Origin: Pseudomonadota bacterium
GTDB lineage: Bacteria > Pseudomonadota > Gammaproteobacteria > Acidiferrobacterales > Acidiferrobacteraceae
NCBI GenBank assembly: GCA_021816625.1
Contig: JAKAXM010000005.1
Location: 534-64,533, forward strand
Direction: 5' to 3'
Length of the DNA stretch: 64,000 nt
The notes below the pieces were generated by a model that saw only the letters and a program-made list of their open reading frames with translations, was not told the origin of the DNA and did not search any database. This document shows, piece by piece, positions 46,999-64,000 of this stretch. The position numbers were made by a program, and so were the translations under genes. The number at the start of each line of letters is the position of its first letter. The stretch's first letter is position 1.

Positions 46999-49290
46999 AT
47001 GAAAAGATGGTTGACGGCGCTCTGTTTGATGGGCGTGCTCATGACTACGGCCGAGGCCGCCTCGTTTGTGATTGGCGCCATTAAGGTCACGGGCTTAAAA
47101 CGCATATCAAAAGCCACGGTCATGACCTATTTGCCGCTGCGCGTCGGCGAACGCTTGACGGCGGGCCGCGCCGAGCGGGCCATACGAGCGCTCTTTAAGA
47201 CGGGTTTCTTTCGTGACGTAAAGCTTATGGAGCAGGGGCAGGAGCTGATCGTCGCCGTCACGGAGCGTCCGGCGATCGCGAGCATCACGATCACGGGGAC
47301 GCATGTCATAAAGCCCAAAAAGCTCCTCAAGTCGCTCGCCAAGATGGGATTTGCGAAGGGGCGGGTATTCAATCGCGCGCTATTGCACGAGACCAAACAG
47401 GCGCTGCGCCGGCAATATTTCAATCGCGGTTACTATGCTGCGCGGGTAGTCACCACGGTAAAGCCTTTGGTCCGCGACCGAGTGGCGGTTGCGATCACGG
47501 TCTCAGAGGGCAAGATCGCGCGCATCAAGCAGATCACCGTGGTGGGCAATCATCACTTCAAGGAAGCGCGGCTGCTTGGGCGCTTCAAGTTGGGTCCCCC
47601 GGGGCTTTTTAGCTTCTTTACGGGCAACGATCGGTATTCGCGGCAAAAGCTCGAGGCCGATCTCGAAAACCTCCAGAACTTCTATCTGAACCGGGGTTAT
47701 CTGCGCTTTCGTCTGGTGTCCACGGTGGTGGCGATCACGCCGAGCAAAGACTGGATCTATGTGACGGAAAACGTCCGCGAGGGGCATGTCTATCACATCT
47801 CGGGATATAAGCTCGCGGGACGTCTCGTCCTGCGACCTGCGACCCTTGCGTCCCTGCTGCGCATAAAACCGGGCCAGGTTTTCTCGCGGGAGCGCATTAC
47901 CAAGGGGACCCGGCGGATCATCGGTAAGCTCGGTAATCGCGGTTACGCATTTGCGAACGTCAGGGTCGTTCCCAAGGTGGATCGCCAGGACCATACGATC
48001 GCCCTTACGTTTTTCATCGAACCAGGACAGCGGGTCTATGTGCGGCGGATACGGTTTTTTGGGAACACGGTGACCCAGGACGCGGTCTTGCGCCGTACCA
48101 TGCGCCAGTACGAAGGCGCCTGGTTTTCCGCGGCCCGCATCAAGCAATCCGTAACCATGCTCCGGCGCCTTGGATTCTTCACGGACGTGCGCGTGACGAC
48201 GCCGCCGGTCCCTGGCCACCCCAATGAGGTCGATGTCGATGTCCACGTAAAGGAGCGCCCGACCGGCAGCGTGGTAGCGGGACTTGGGTATTCCGACCTC
48301 TACGGTATCTTTGTGAACGGTTCCGTGTCCTATCAGGACGTCCTTGGCACCGGTAAGCAGGTATCGGTAACCGCCGACACGTCGGTCGCCTACAAGGACA
48401 TCAACCTTACCTACGTCAACCCTTATTACACGAGTTCAGGGATTAGCCGCGGCTTTAATGTCTACGACAGTTCGTTCAATGCCGCGGCGGCCTACACGGC
48501 TGCCTACAATGAAAGCACGGTCGGCGCCGGCGTATTTTACGGGATTCCGATCGGCGTCAACCGCAGCATCAATGTCGGCTTGGCCGCCGAGCGCGTGAAG
48601 CTTACGGTCAATTCGACGAGTGCCTATGTGGCGCAGCAGTTCGTGGCGCAGCACGGGACCACCAACGACATCCTCAAGGCGACATTCGGCTGGTCCCGCA
48701 ACACCTTGAATAACGCGATCTTTCCGACAAGTGGAACGTATCAGCAGTTGAGTGGCGAGATTGGTTTGCCGGGCGGCAGCCTCCAGTACTATCGCCTGTC
48801 GTATCTGGCGAGCGTATTCTTTCCCTTCGGCCGTCAGTACAGTCTGAAGCTAAGCAATGAGTGGAGCTACGGAAACGGCTACGGGCACACCGGCAGTCTA
48901 CCGTTTTTCAAGAACTTCTACGCTGGCGGCGCGAATTCGGTGCGCGGCTACCAAAACGAGTCTCTGGGCCCGCGCGACATCCTGCCTCCGTATGACCCGA
49001 TCGGCGGTAACAAACGCGTGCTGGCGAGCGCCGAGTTCTTCTTCCCGGTGCCGGGCACGTCCATTCATAATCGCTCCATGAGATTGTCGACCTTTATCGA
49101 TGCGGGGCAGGTCTACGGTCCGGGACAGGGGATAGCCTTCAATCAGATCCGGACCTCGTTTGGTGTTGCGTTCGACTGGTTTTCGCCGATCGCGCCTTTG
49201 AGCATCAGCATCGCCCGGCCCCTGAATGCCCAGCCAGGGGATCAGACGCGCGCAGTCCAGTTCACCTTGGGCACGCTCTTTATGTACTAG
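46999..49290 (+). CDS. bamA: Outer membrane protein assembly factor BamA
   Basis: Signal peptide, POTRA repeats (I.I.G...) and a C-terminal Omp85 barrel (GGANSVRGY). 763 aa. Confidence 0.95.
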   Translation: MKRWLTALCLMGVLMTTAEAASFVIGAIKVTGLKRISKATVMTYLPLRVGERLTAGRAERAIRALFKTGFFRDVKLMEQGQELIVAVTERPAIASITITGTHVIKPKKLLKSLAKMGFAKGRVFNRALLHETKQALRRQYFNRGYYAARVVTTVKPLVRDRVAVAITVSEGKIARIKQITVVGNHHFKEARLLGRFKLGPPGLFSFFTGNDRYSRQKLEADLENLQNFYLNRGYLRFRLVSTVVAITPSKDWIYVTENVREGHVYHISGYKLAGRLVLRPATLASLLRIKPGQVFSRERITKGTRRIIGKLGNRGYAFANVRVVPKVDRQDHTIALTFFIEPGQRVYVRRIRFFGNTVTQDAVLRRTMRQYEGAWFSAARIKQSVTMLRRLGFFTDVRVTTPPVPGHPNEVDVDVHVKERPTGSVVAGLGYSDLYGIFVNGSVSYQDVLGTGKQVSVTADTSVAYKDINLTYVNPYYTSSGISRGFNVYDSSFNAAAAYTAAYNESTVGAGVFYGIPIGVNRSINVGLAAERVKLTVNSTSAYVAQQFVAQHGTTNDILKATFGWSRNTLNNAIFPTSGTYQQLSGEIGLPGGSLQYYRLSYLASVFFPFGRQYSLKLSNEWSYGNGYGHTGSLPFFKNFYAGGANSVRGYQNESLGPRDILPPYDPIGGNKRVLASAEFFFPVPGTSIHNRSMRLSTFIDAGQVYGPGQGIAFNQIRTSFGVAFDWFSPIAPLSISIARPLNAQPGDQTRAVQFTLGTLFMY

Positions 49291-49361
49291 CGGGAATCGG
49301 CGCCGACGGCTAGGCTTCGATTCGAGAAGACGCGCGTAGACGGGCGTTACCGGGACGGCAT

Positions 49362-50402
49362 ATGGCGTACACATTGCGGGAATTGGCGGAGGTGGCGGGC
49401 GCGGTCCTGCGCGGTGAAGGGCATATCGAGATCGATTCGGTAGCGCCCTTGAACCGCGCAGGGGCGCGCCAGATCGCCTATTGCGCGACGCCCCGCTATC
49501 GCGAGCTCGTGGGCGCAAGCGGCGCGGGCGCGCTCATCCTGCATCACAGCGACGCTGATGTGTTTTCCGGGAACGCACTTTTATGCGATGATCCGCGCGC
49601 AGCCTTTGCCCGTGTGGCAGGCCTGCTCCACGCCCCGCGGCCGATTGCGGCCGGTTGCCACCCAAGCGCCATCGTGCACGACAGCGCCACCGTGTCACCG
49701 GATGCCAATATAGGGCCGCAAGCCATTGTCGAGGCCGGCGCGGTGATCGGGCCGGGTGCGGTGATCGGGCCTGGGGCCGTGGTGGGCGAACGGACGGTGA
49801 TCGGGGCGGCTAGCCGACTCGAGGCGCGCGCCATCGTCATGCACGACTGCGTGATCGGTGAGCGCTGCGTGATCGCGGCGGGCGCGGTGATAGGCGGCGA
49901 AGGCTTTGGTTATGCGCGCGAACGGGACGGACGCTGGTTGAAGGTCCCGCAGCTCGGGCGGGTCGTGATTGGCAATGACGTCGACGTCGGGGCCAATACC
50001 ACCATCGATCGGGGCGCGCTCGGCGACACGGTGATCGGCGATGGCGTGAAACTCGACAATCTGATTCAGATCGCCCACAACGTAAAGGTGGGCGAGAATA
50101 CGGCCATGGCCGCTTGCGTGGGCGTGGCCGGCAGTGCCGTGATCGGTAAGCGCTGTCTCGTTGGAGGTGGTACGGGCATTATGGGCCATATTACCGTGGG
50201 CGATGATGTCGAGGTCACGGCCATGTCGTTTCTAAAGGGGTCAGTGGAAGGGCCGGGCCGATACTCGTCTAGTCTTCCGGCCGTTGATGCCGATGTGTGG
50301 GCACGAAATCTTGGGCGTTTCCGTCATCTGGATGAATTGGCGAGACGGTTGCGCCGTATCGAACAGACAATAAAGCAGATCCTGTCAGGGGGAAAACATT
50401 GA
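49362..50402 (+). CDS. lpxD: UDP-3-O-acylglucosamine N-acyltransferase
   Basis: N-terminal LpxD domain, a left-handed beta-helix of hexapeptide repeats, and synteny. Confidence 0.9.
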   Translation: MAYTLRELAEVAGAVLRGEGHIEIDSVAPLNRAGARQIAYCATPRYRELVGASGAGALILHHSDADVFSGNALLCDDPRAAFARVAGLLHAPRPIAAGCHPSAIVHDSATVSPDANIGPQAIVEAGAVIGPGAVIGPGAVVGERTVIGAASRLEARAIVMHDCVIGERCVIAAGAVIGGEGFGYARERDGRWLKVPQLGRVVIGNDVDVGANTTIDRGALGDTVIGDGVKLDNLIQIAHNVKVGENTAMAACVGVAGSAVIGKRCLVGGGTGIMGHITVGDDVEVTAMSFLKGSVEGPGRYSSSLPAVDADVWARNLGRFRHLDELARRLRRIEQTIKQILSGGKH

Positions 50403-50845
50403 ATACGCTGGACATTCAGGAGGTATTAAAACACCTTCCCCATCGCTACCCCTTCCTGCTCGTTGATCGGGTGCTGGAATTTGTGCCAAACGAATCCTTG
50501 GTGGCGATCAAGAACGTGACTATCAACGAGCCGTTCTTTCAGGGGCATTTTCCCGAATATCCGGTGATGCCCGGCGTTTTGGTGATCGAGGCGATGGCGC
50601 AGGCCTGCGCCATTCTGTCGTTCAAGACCCTGGGCAAGATGCCAAGTGACGGGGGTATCTATCTTTTCGTCGGTATCGACAAGGCGCGCTTCAAACGTCA
50701 GGTCGGTCCGGGGGATCAGTTGCGATTGAGCGTCAAGCTTACGCGCAAGATGCAAAGCATATGGCGTTTCGAGGCGACCGCGACAGTGGACGAGGCTGTA
50801 TGCTCCACCGCTGAACTCATGTGCACATACAAGGAGATCGCATGA
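50399..50845 (+). CDS. fabZ: 3-hydroxyacyl-ACP dehydratase FabZ
   Basis: [13 protein letters not shown] and FFQGHFP..PVMPGVL.IEA.AQ. Confidence 0.95.
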   Translation: MNTLDIQEVLKHLPHRYPFLLVDRVLEFVPNESLVAIKNVTINEPFFQGHFPEYPVMPGVLVIEAMAQACAILSFKTLGKMPSDGGIYLFVGIDKARFKRQVGPGDQLRLSVKLTRKMQSIWRFEATATVDEAVCSTAELMCTYKEIA

Positions 50846-51612
50846 TTCACCCGCACGCCCTCGTCGACCCGCGCGCGGAAATCGGCGCAGACGTGGAGAT
50901 TGGGCCGTTTTCCGTAATCGGGCCCGAGGTCGTGATCGGCGACGGTAGCTGGATAGGCCCGCATGTCGTCATCAAGGGACCGACCCGCATGGGGCGGCGT
51001 AACAAGGTCTTTCAGTTCGCCTCGCTCGGCGAGGTCCCGCAGGACCTCAAATTTGCCGGCGAGCGGTCGACCCTGGAGATCGGGGACGACAACATTTTTC
51101 GGGAATACTGTACGGTGAACCGGGGGACCAAGGGCGGAGGCGGGGCGACCCGCATCGGCAATGAGAACCTGTTCATGGCGTATGTGCATATCGCGCACGA
51201 CTGTCGTATCCAAGACCGTACGGTCTTTGCCAATTGTGCAAGCCTTGCCGGGCACGTCGAGGTCGGAAGTTACGCGGTCCTGGGCGGGTTTACCGGTATC
51301 CATCAGTTCTGCCGTGTCGGGGAACATTGCATGACAGGGGCCGCCACCGTTGCCGTCCAAGACATCCCGCCCTACGTGCTTGCGGCCGGCAACTCAGGCC
51401 GCCCTTATGGCATCAACGTGACCGGCCTCAAGCGCCGCGGCTTCTCGGCGGAAAAGATCAATGCTATCAAGCGGGCTTATAAGATCTTGTACAAGTCGGG
51501 CCTGCGCCTAGACGAGGCCATCGGCAAGATCGAGGAACTGGTCACAGCAGATCCGGAGCTCGAGACCCTGGCGCGGTTTCTCAGAGTCGAGGGCCGGGGC
51601 ATCATCCGGTAA
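50842..51612 (+). CDS. lpxA: Acyl-ACP--UDP-GlcNAc O-acyltransferase
   Basis: [15 protein letters not shown], hexapeptide repeats and an AAGGAG RBS. ATGA overlap with fabZ. Confidence 0.95.
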   Translation: MIHPHALVDPRAEIGADVEIGPFSVIGPEVVIGDGSWIGPHVVIKGPTRMGRRNKVFQFASLGEVPQDLKFAGERSTLEIGDDNIFREYCTVNRGTKGGGGATRIGNENLFMAYVHIAHDCRIQDRTVFANCASLAGHVEVGSYAVLGGFTGIHQFCRVGEHCMTGAATVAVQDIPPYVLAAGNSGRPYGINVTGLKRRGFSAEKINAIKRAYKILYKSGLRLDEAIGKIEELVTADPELETLARFLRVEGRGIIR

Positions 51613-52775
51613 TGGCTTTACGGGTGGGCATCGTGGCCGGCGAGGCCTCCGGGGACCTGCTCGGGGCCGCCCTCATGAACGCCCTGAAGGCCCAGACGGC
51701 CTGCAGTTTCGAGGGGGTGTGCGGACCGGCGATGATCGCCGCAGGCGGTCTTAGCCGCTATCCCATCGAGACGCTTTCGGTAGTCGGTATATCGGAGGTG
51801 GCCGGTCGGCTACCCACGCTTTTGCGGATGCGTCGCGAGCTTATACGCCATTTTCAGGCGACGCGGCCGGACGTCGTTATCGGCATCGATGCCCCCGACT
51901 TTACGCTCGGAGTGGAGCGCGCCTTAAAACGCGATGGCATACCGACTGTGCATTACGTCAGTCCGACGGTATGGGCCTGGCGGCGCTACCGCGTGCGCAC
52001 CGTGGCGGCAAGCGCAGACCTCGTGTTGGCCCTGTTTCCGTTCGAGCCTGCATATTACGCAGGACGCGTCGAGAGCCGCTTCGTCGGTCACCCGCTCGCC
52101 GATATCATCAAGGACGCACCCAGTCCGGATCCGGCCCGCGCCGAACTGCGCGTGGAGGCCAAGGGCCCCGTCATAGCGCTCTTGCCCGGCAGCCGCGTAA
52201 GCGAACTGCGTGCGCACGCCGATCTCTTCGTAAAGACGGCGCAACGGCTCTTTTTGCGCTATCCCGATAGCCAATTCATTGCGCCCTTCGCCAATCGCGA
52301 GACGCGCGCGATCTTCGACCGGTCGCTGACCGAACACAAGGCCTTTGACCTCCCGATCACGCGTTTGCACGGACATGCGCGTCTGGCCATGGCGGCGGCA
52401 GACGTCGTGCTGCTTGCATCGGGTACGGCGGCCTTGGAAGCGGCCTTGATCGGGCGACCCATGGTGGTCACCTACCGTTTGTCTCCCCTGTCCTATGGTC
52501 TCGTCCGGAGCCTATCGCGCTTGCCTTTCTTTTCGCTGCCGAACATCCTGCTCGGGCGGCCGGTAGTCCCCGAGTTGATGCAAGGGCAAGCAACGGCCGA
52601 TAGCCTAGTGCGCGCCGTGGAGACCCTTTTGGAGGATGGGGCGGCACGTGGCGCGATGGCCGCGGCGCTCGGCGAGGTGCGGGAGCGCCTGGGACAGGGA
52701 GCGAGCGCGCAGGCGGCAGGCGCGATCCTTGAACTCCTGGCGACACGCCGCGAACCTGTCTCGTGCGCCTCATAG
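51612..52775 (+). CDS. lpxB: Lipid-A-disaccharide synthase
   Basis: [17 protein letters not shown] and YVSP.VWAWR. Confidence 0.9.
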   Translation: MALRVGIVAGEASGDLLGAALMNALKAQTACSFEGVCGPAMIAAGGLSRYPIETLSVVGISEVAGRLPTLLRMRRELIRHFQATRPDVVIGIDAPDFTLGVERALKRDGIPTVHYVSPTVWAWRRYRVRTVAASADLVLALFPFEPAYYAGRVESRFVGHPLADIIKDAPSPDPARAELRVEAKGPVIALLPGSRVSELRAHADLFVKTAQRLFLRYPDSQFIAPFANRETRAIFDRSLTEHKAFDLPITRLHGHARLAMAAADVVLLASGTAALEAALIGRPMVVTYRLSPLSYGLVRSLSRLPFFSLPNILLGRPVVPELMQGQATADSLVRAVETLLEDGAARGAMAAALGEVRERLGQGASAQAAGAILELLATRREPVSCAS

Positions 52776-53340
52776 CCGGGATCGATGAGGTCGGCGTGGG
52801 GCCGCTCGCAGGCCCCGTAGTCGCGGCGGCAGTCGTCCTGCCCGCACGCCACGGCATCCAGGGGCTTGCGGACTCGAAGAAACTTTCCGAACGGCAGCGT
52901 GAGGTGGTGGCGGCGCAGATCCGGGAGCGTGCGCATGCCTTTGCGCTGGGACGCGCCGAGGTGAGCGAGGTGGATACATTGAACGTGCTGCAGGCGTCTT
53001 GGCTTGCCATGCGCCGGGCGCTCGAGGGTCTCGGGATGATCGTCGATCTCGCCCTCGTGGACGGTCTGCATGTCCCGCCCTTGCCTTGTCCCGCGCGGGC
53101 CATCGTGCGCGGGGACGCCCGGGTACCGGCCATATCGGCGGCGTCGGTGCTCGCGAAGACCGTGCGGGATGCGGAGATGCGGGTCTGGGATGCGCGTTAT
53201 CCCGCCTATGGGTTCGGGCGTCACAAGGGCTATGGGACCGCTTTGCATCTGGCGGCATTGCGTCGCCACGGTCCCTGTCCTTTGCATCGGAAAAGCTTTG
53301 CGCCCGTGCGCGCCGCGACGGCCTGCGGAAAGGGGGAAAC

Positions 53341-53344
<4 letters not shown>
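52763..53344 (+). CDS. rnhB: Ribonuclease HII
   Basis: [26 protein letters not shown] and GYGT. Confidence 0.95.
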
Positions 53345-56781
<3,437 letters not shown>

Positions 56782-56785
56782 AACC

Positions 56786-57745
56786 ATGAACCAAAACTAC
56801 CTCGATTTTGAACAGTCTATCGCGGATCTTGAGGCCAAGATCGAGGCGCTGCGCTTTCTGGATTCGAGTTCCGGCGTCAATATCAACGAAGAGATTACGC
56901 GCCTACGCGCCAAGAGCCACAGGCTTACGCAATCGATCTTTTCGTCGCTCACTGCCTGGCAGGTGTCGCAGCTGGCTCGGCACCCACAACGCCCGTATAC
57001 GCTCGATTATGTCAACCGTATCTTTCAAGGATTCGAGGAGCTCCATGGGGATCGCCTGTACGGCGACGATCCTGCCATCGTATCGGGAATCGGGTGGCTG
57101 GACGAGCAGCCGGTTGCGATCATTGGGCATCAGAAAGGTCGGGATACGCGCGAGAAGGTGCGACGTAACTTCGGGATGCCGCGGCCGGAAGGTTACCGCA
57201 AGGCCCTGCGGATCATGCGGCTTGCCGAACGCTTCCATATGCCGCTTGTGACCTTGATCGACACGATGGGCGCCTACCCCGGGGTCGGTGCCGAGGAGCG
57301 GGGGCAAAGCGAGGCGATTGCGCGCAACCTTTTTGTGATGGCCTCCTTGAAAACCCCGATCGTGAGCGCGGTGATCGGTGAGGGGGGTTCCGGAGGGGCG
57401 CTCGCCGTCGGGGTCGCCGACCATATGATGATGCTCCAATATGCGACCTACTCGGTCATAAGCCCGGAGGGGTGCGCCTCGATCCTTTGGAAAAGCGCGG
57501 AAAAGGCGGCGATTGCCGCCGAGGCCTTGGGGATAACGGCTGATAGCCTAAAACGCATGGGCCTGGTCGACGAGGTCGTGGCGGAGCCCTTGGGCGGCGC
57601 GCACCGTGACTACGACGCCGCGGCCATGGCCCTGAAAGAGGCCCTTAAGCGGGCGCTCGCGGAGCGCGTGGCGTTGCCGATCGCGGAGCTCTTGCGGCGT
57701 CGCCATGCGCGCCTGCGTCAATATGGGCAGTTTGAAGAGACCTGA
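56786..57745 (+). CDS. accA: Acetyl-CoA carboxylase carboxyltransferase alpha subunit
   Basis: [26 protein letters not shown] and [11 protein letters not shown]. Confidence 0.95.
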   Translation: MNQNYLDFEQSIADLEAKIEALRFLDSSSGVNINEEITRLRAKSHRLTQSIFSSLTAWQVSQLARHPQRPYTLDYVNRIFQGFEELHGDRLYGDDPAIVSGIGWLDEQPVAIIGHQKGRDTREKVRRNFGMPRPEGYRKALRIMRLAERFHMPLVTLIDTMGAYPGVGAEERGQSEAIARNLFVMASLKTPIVSAVIGEGGSGGALAVGVADHMMMLQYATYSVISPEGCASILWKSAEKAAIAAEALGITADSLKRMGLVDEVVAEPLGGAHRDYDAAAMALKEALKRALAERVALPIAELLRRRHARLRQYGQFEET

Positions 57746-59102
57746 GTTTTCCCCCGATTACTTACGCAAGGCGCTTGCGGACCTCGATGTGAGTCGCGCC
57801 CATAGTGTTGCGGTCGCCTTGAGTGGCGGCGTGGACTCTATGGCCTTGTTGCACGCCATGAGCCAGCTCGGCTGGCCGCAGCTACGCGCGATCCATATCG
57901 ATCACGGCCTGCAGGCCGAGGCGGCGGCCTGGGGCCTGCACGCCGAGGCGGCCGCGCGCGCCCTGGGCGTGGCCTGTACAGTGCTTAGGGTAGAGGTGCG
58001 GGATCGGTCCGCAGGGCCGGAGGCCGGTGCCCGCGCGGCGCGTTACGGGGCGTTTGCCGAAGAGCTGGCGGCAGGCGAGGTCCTGCTTATGGGCCATCAT
58101 GCCGACGATCAGATGGAGACCGTATTGCTGAGACTCGTGCAGGGTGCAGGCCTTGCGGGTCTAGGGGGTATTCCGCCGGTACGCGACGTGGGCGCCGGGC
58201 GGCTCGTGCGACCCCTGCTCGCGATGCCACGCGCAGCCCTTCTCCGCTACGCGCAGGAGCGCCGCCTGGCCTTCGTGCAGGATCCCAGTAACGACGATGA
58301 ACGCTTCGCGCGCAACTATGTCCGCCGGCAGCTGCTGCCGGACATCACACGGCGCTGGCCGGGCGCCTGGAAGGCCGTGGGGCGGGCCGCGCGCCACGCG
58401 CAGGTAGCGGCGGGGGTATTGGCAGGCTACGTCGCCGGTGACTTGGCGCGCTGCGTGAGCCCCGATGGGGCCCTCTCCGTCCCCCGCTTCGTGGCCTTGG
58501 CGCCAGACGTCCAGCCGCTGGTCTTGCGAGCGTGGTTACAAAACTACGGCGCGCAGCCGCCAAGCGAGGCCAAATGCCGTGAGGTACAGGCCGCACTGGC
58601 CTTGGTTCCCCGGAGTCGTAGACAAGTGTTACGCTTGGGCAAGGCCGGTACCCTGTACCGCTATCGGGATCGCGTCCTATGGGGAGCGGGCGCACCGGGC
58701 CCAGCCCTTCCGGCCTGGCAGATGGCGTGGCCGGCGCCTTATAGGGACCTGCGTTTGCCTGACGGACGCACCATGGCGGCGCAGGCGGCGGTCGGCGCAG
58801 GGGTATCGGTGGCGGCGCTCGCCGAACGGCCTCTGAGGGTCGGTAGCCGGGTTCCCGGCCAAAGGGTGTGGATACCGGGGCGCGGGCACCGGGCTTTGAA
58901 GAAGCTCTTGCCAGAGCTCGGCCTTGCCCCCTGGGAGCGCGCGGCGGCGGTATTGGTATTAGACGGCGAGGCGCTGGTGGCGGTCGCGGGGGTTTGGGTC
59001 TGCGGATCGTATCGCGCCCGTCCCGGTGATGCCGGTCTCGTCTTGACTATGAGAGAGCGTGAAAGGCCAAACGGGGAGGTTGTGCGAAGTGGGACCATTT
59101 GA
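57723..59102 (+). CDS. tilS: tRNA(Ile)-lysidine synthase
   Basis: PP-loop ALSGGVDS and HHADDQ.ET.LL.L. The start is uncertain; 57705 is also possible. Confidence 0.85.
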   Translation: MGSLKRPEFSPDYLRKALADLDVSRAHSVAVALSGGVDSMALLHAMSQLGWPQLRAIHIDHGLQAEAAAWGLHAEAAARALGVACTVLRVEVRDRSAGPEAGARAARYGAFAEELAAGEVLLMGHHADDQMETVLLRLVQGAGLAGLGGIPPVRDVGAGRLVRPLLAMPRAALLRYAQERRLAFVQDPSNDDERFARNYVRRQLLPDITRRWPGAWKAVGRAARHAQVAAGVLAGYVAGDLARCVSPDGALSVPRFVALAPDVQPLVLRAWLQNYGAQPPSEAKCREVQAALALVPRSRRQVLRLGKAGTLYRYRDRVLWGAGAPGPALPAWQMAWPAPYRDLRLPDGRTMAAQAAVGAGVSVAALAERPLRVGSRVPGQRVWIPGRGHRALKKLLPELGLAPWERAAAVLVLDGEALVAVAGVWVCGSYRARPGDAGLVLTMRERERPNGEVVRSGTI

Positions 59103-59105
59103 TAG

Positions 59106-61651
<2,546 letters not shown>

Positions 61652-61765
61652 GTGGCGTTGTCCCTCCGCCGCCACCATCCCTTGATGCGCAGGTAAACGG
61701 GAAACAGACGGCGCCGTGTAGGGGTGCCTGTCTAGAGGCGGCTTCTGTCGGTTTCTCTCCCTTAA

Positions 61766-63082
<1,317 letters not shown>

Positions 63083-63105
63083 GGTTGTGCGTCTAATATG
63101 GACGC

Positions 63106-63456
63106 ATGAAACGGGGATCTCCCAGTACTTGGCTTGGCGGCGTTGCGCTGGCCTTGTTTTTGATGACCCAGTATGCCTTGTGGTTTGGGCAGGGGGGCGT
63201 CGTGGCCTTGCTGCGCCGTGAGCGCCATCTGGCGGCACTTGCGGCCGGCAATGCCCGGCTTTTGAAGCGCGACGAGGCGCTGACGGCCGAAGTGGAGAGC
63301 CTAAAAAGCGGGCGTGCGGCGATCGAGGCCCAAGCCCGTTCGGGTCTCGGCATGATCAAAAAGGGCGAAACCTTCTACGAGATTATACCGGGCAGCCCGC
63401 CCCCCCTGCGCACCGCCCGTGTATTTCGCGATCAGCAGTTGGCGGCCAGGGGATAG
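63106..63456 (+). CDS. ftsB: Cell division protein FtsB
   Basis: One TM helix followed by a coiled coil, ending GLGMIKKGETFYEI. It lies directly after eno. Confidence 0.85.
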   Translation: MKRGSPSTWLGGVALALFLMTQYALWFGQGGVVALLRRERHLAALAAGNARLLKRDEALTAEVESLKSGRAAIEAQARSGLGMIKKGETFYEIIPGSPPPLRTARVFRDQQLAARG

Positions 63457-64000
63457 GGGAGATCGCGGAACACGAGCGGGATGTCCTTCCAGAAGACCGC
63501 ACCTTGTTCGCGGCTACTGATCTGAATCACCGCCAGCAGGTCGATGCCGCCATCCGGTCCGCGTTGGGCGTCGACTATCGTGCCGGCCGCCTGTCCGGGA
63601 AAATTGGGCGCCGTGAGGCTGTCGCCGGGCACGGGCCGGTCAGCGCCGGCCGGCAGGGAGGCGAGATACATGCGTTGTTTGAGTCGCCCCAGGTAATGGG
63701 TCCGGGCGACGATCTCTTGCCCCGGATAGCAGCCTTTCCGAAAATGGATGCCTTGCAGCAGGTCGAGATTGGCCATTTGGGGCACGAAGGCCTCGGTCGT
63801 CGCCGGTCCTATGGTCGGCAGTCCCGCCTGGATATCGAGCCAGGCCCAGGCGTCACTGCCCACACGCACGGCCCCCGTGAGCTGGGGCGCAATCTGCCGG
63901 AGCCGTGCCGGGGGGCCGAGCAGCAGGGCGCGCGGGTTTACCCCGGGGATCGCGACCACGGTCACGTCGTCGGCCTGGCCTATCGCCGGGTCCGTGGGTG
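63432..64000 (-). CDS. ygfZ: Folate-binding protein YgfZ; C-terminal part only, gene continues past the window end
   Basis: KGCYPGQEIVARTHY signature. The reading frame stays open upstream of GTG 63965 to the window edge. Confidence 0.8.
   Translation of the reverse strand, partial: PTDPAIGQADDVTVVAIPGVNPRALLLGPPARLRQIAPQLTGAVRVGSDAWAWLDIQAGLPTIGPATTEAFVPQMANLDLLQGIHFRKGCYPGQEIVARTHYLGRLKQRMYLASLPAGADRPVPGDSLTAPNFPGQAAGTIVDAQRGPDGGIDLLAVIQISSREQGAVFWKDIPLVFRDLPYPLAANC

Noticed and set aside
49680-50200. Periodic GTGATCGG-type repeats that could suggest a DNA repeat array
   Set aside because: They are the coding image of hexapeptide (left-handed beta-helix) repeats in LpxD, and likewise in LpxA at 50860-51350. 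This is not a CRISPR or tandem DNA repeat.
52999-53340. 114-codon N-terminal extension of the dnaE ORF, and the parallel 397-aa ORF 53070..54263
   Set aside because: The extension overlaps the well-supported rnhB gene and is Arg/Gly-rich. The canonical PHP-domain N-terminus begins at ATG 53341, with an ATGA overlap to the rnhB stop.

Overview
GC-rich proteobacterial chromosome segment. It most likely comes from an acidophilic Fe(II)-oxidising gammaproteobacterium, but the organism call is inference only. No GC value was computed. Layout: (1) 1-468 holds a decayed ISNCY-like transposase remnant, followed by about 1.4 kb without a credible ORF. (2) 1857-14190 is a rus-type iron-oxidation and terminal-oxidase supercluster: cyc2, cyc1, acoP, coxBACD, a terminator, ctaB plus a 46-aa sORF, rus with its own RBS and terminator, a ctaG-like gene, an unknown membrane-anchored periplasmic protein, and a DHA2 MFS transporter. 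(3) A second MFS gene, tadA and mltF follow. (4) Two tRNA-Ser genes (17503-17592, anticodon CGA; 25932-26022, anticodon GGA) bracket three units: a co-directional signalling block (histidine kinase, hybrid kinase, GAF-GGDEF, LuxR-type regulator), a general-stress block (PLDc_N, YtxH, ferritin-like, small secreted protein, CsbD, BON), and an orphan AurF-like diiron oxygenase. (5) A KirBac K+ channel and SRP RNA precede a long conserved core array: dnaX-ybaB-recR, phhB, orn, nnr-tsaE-amidase, permease, glnD-map, then rpsB-tsf-pyrH-frr-uppS-cdsA-dxr-rseP-bamA-lpxD-fabZ-lpxA-lpxB-rnhB-dnaE-accA-tilS-pyrG-kdsA-eno-ftsB and a partial ygfZ. I found no CRISPR array, rRNA, intact mobile element, toxin-antitoxin pair or recognisable defence system. 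The best candidates for undescribed biology are modest: the uncharacterised components inside the rearranged iron-oxidation cluster (265-aa anchored protein, 46-aa sORF, decoupled rus), the ORF-free structured 1.4-kb region upstream of cyc2, and the tRNA-Ser-bracketed signalling plus stress module. All protein identifications rest on motifs and sequences recalled from memory. No database search was run.
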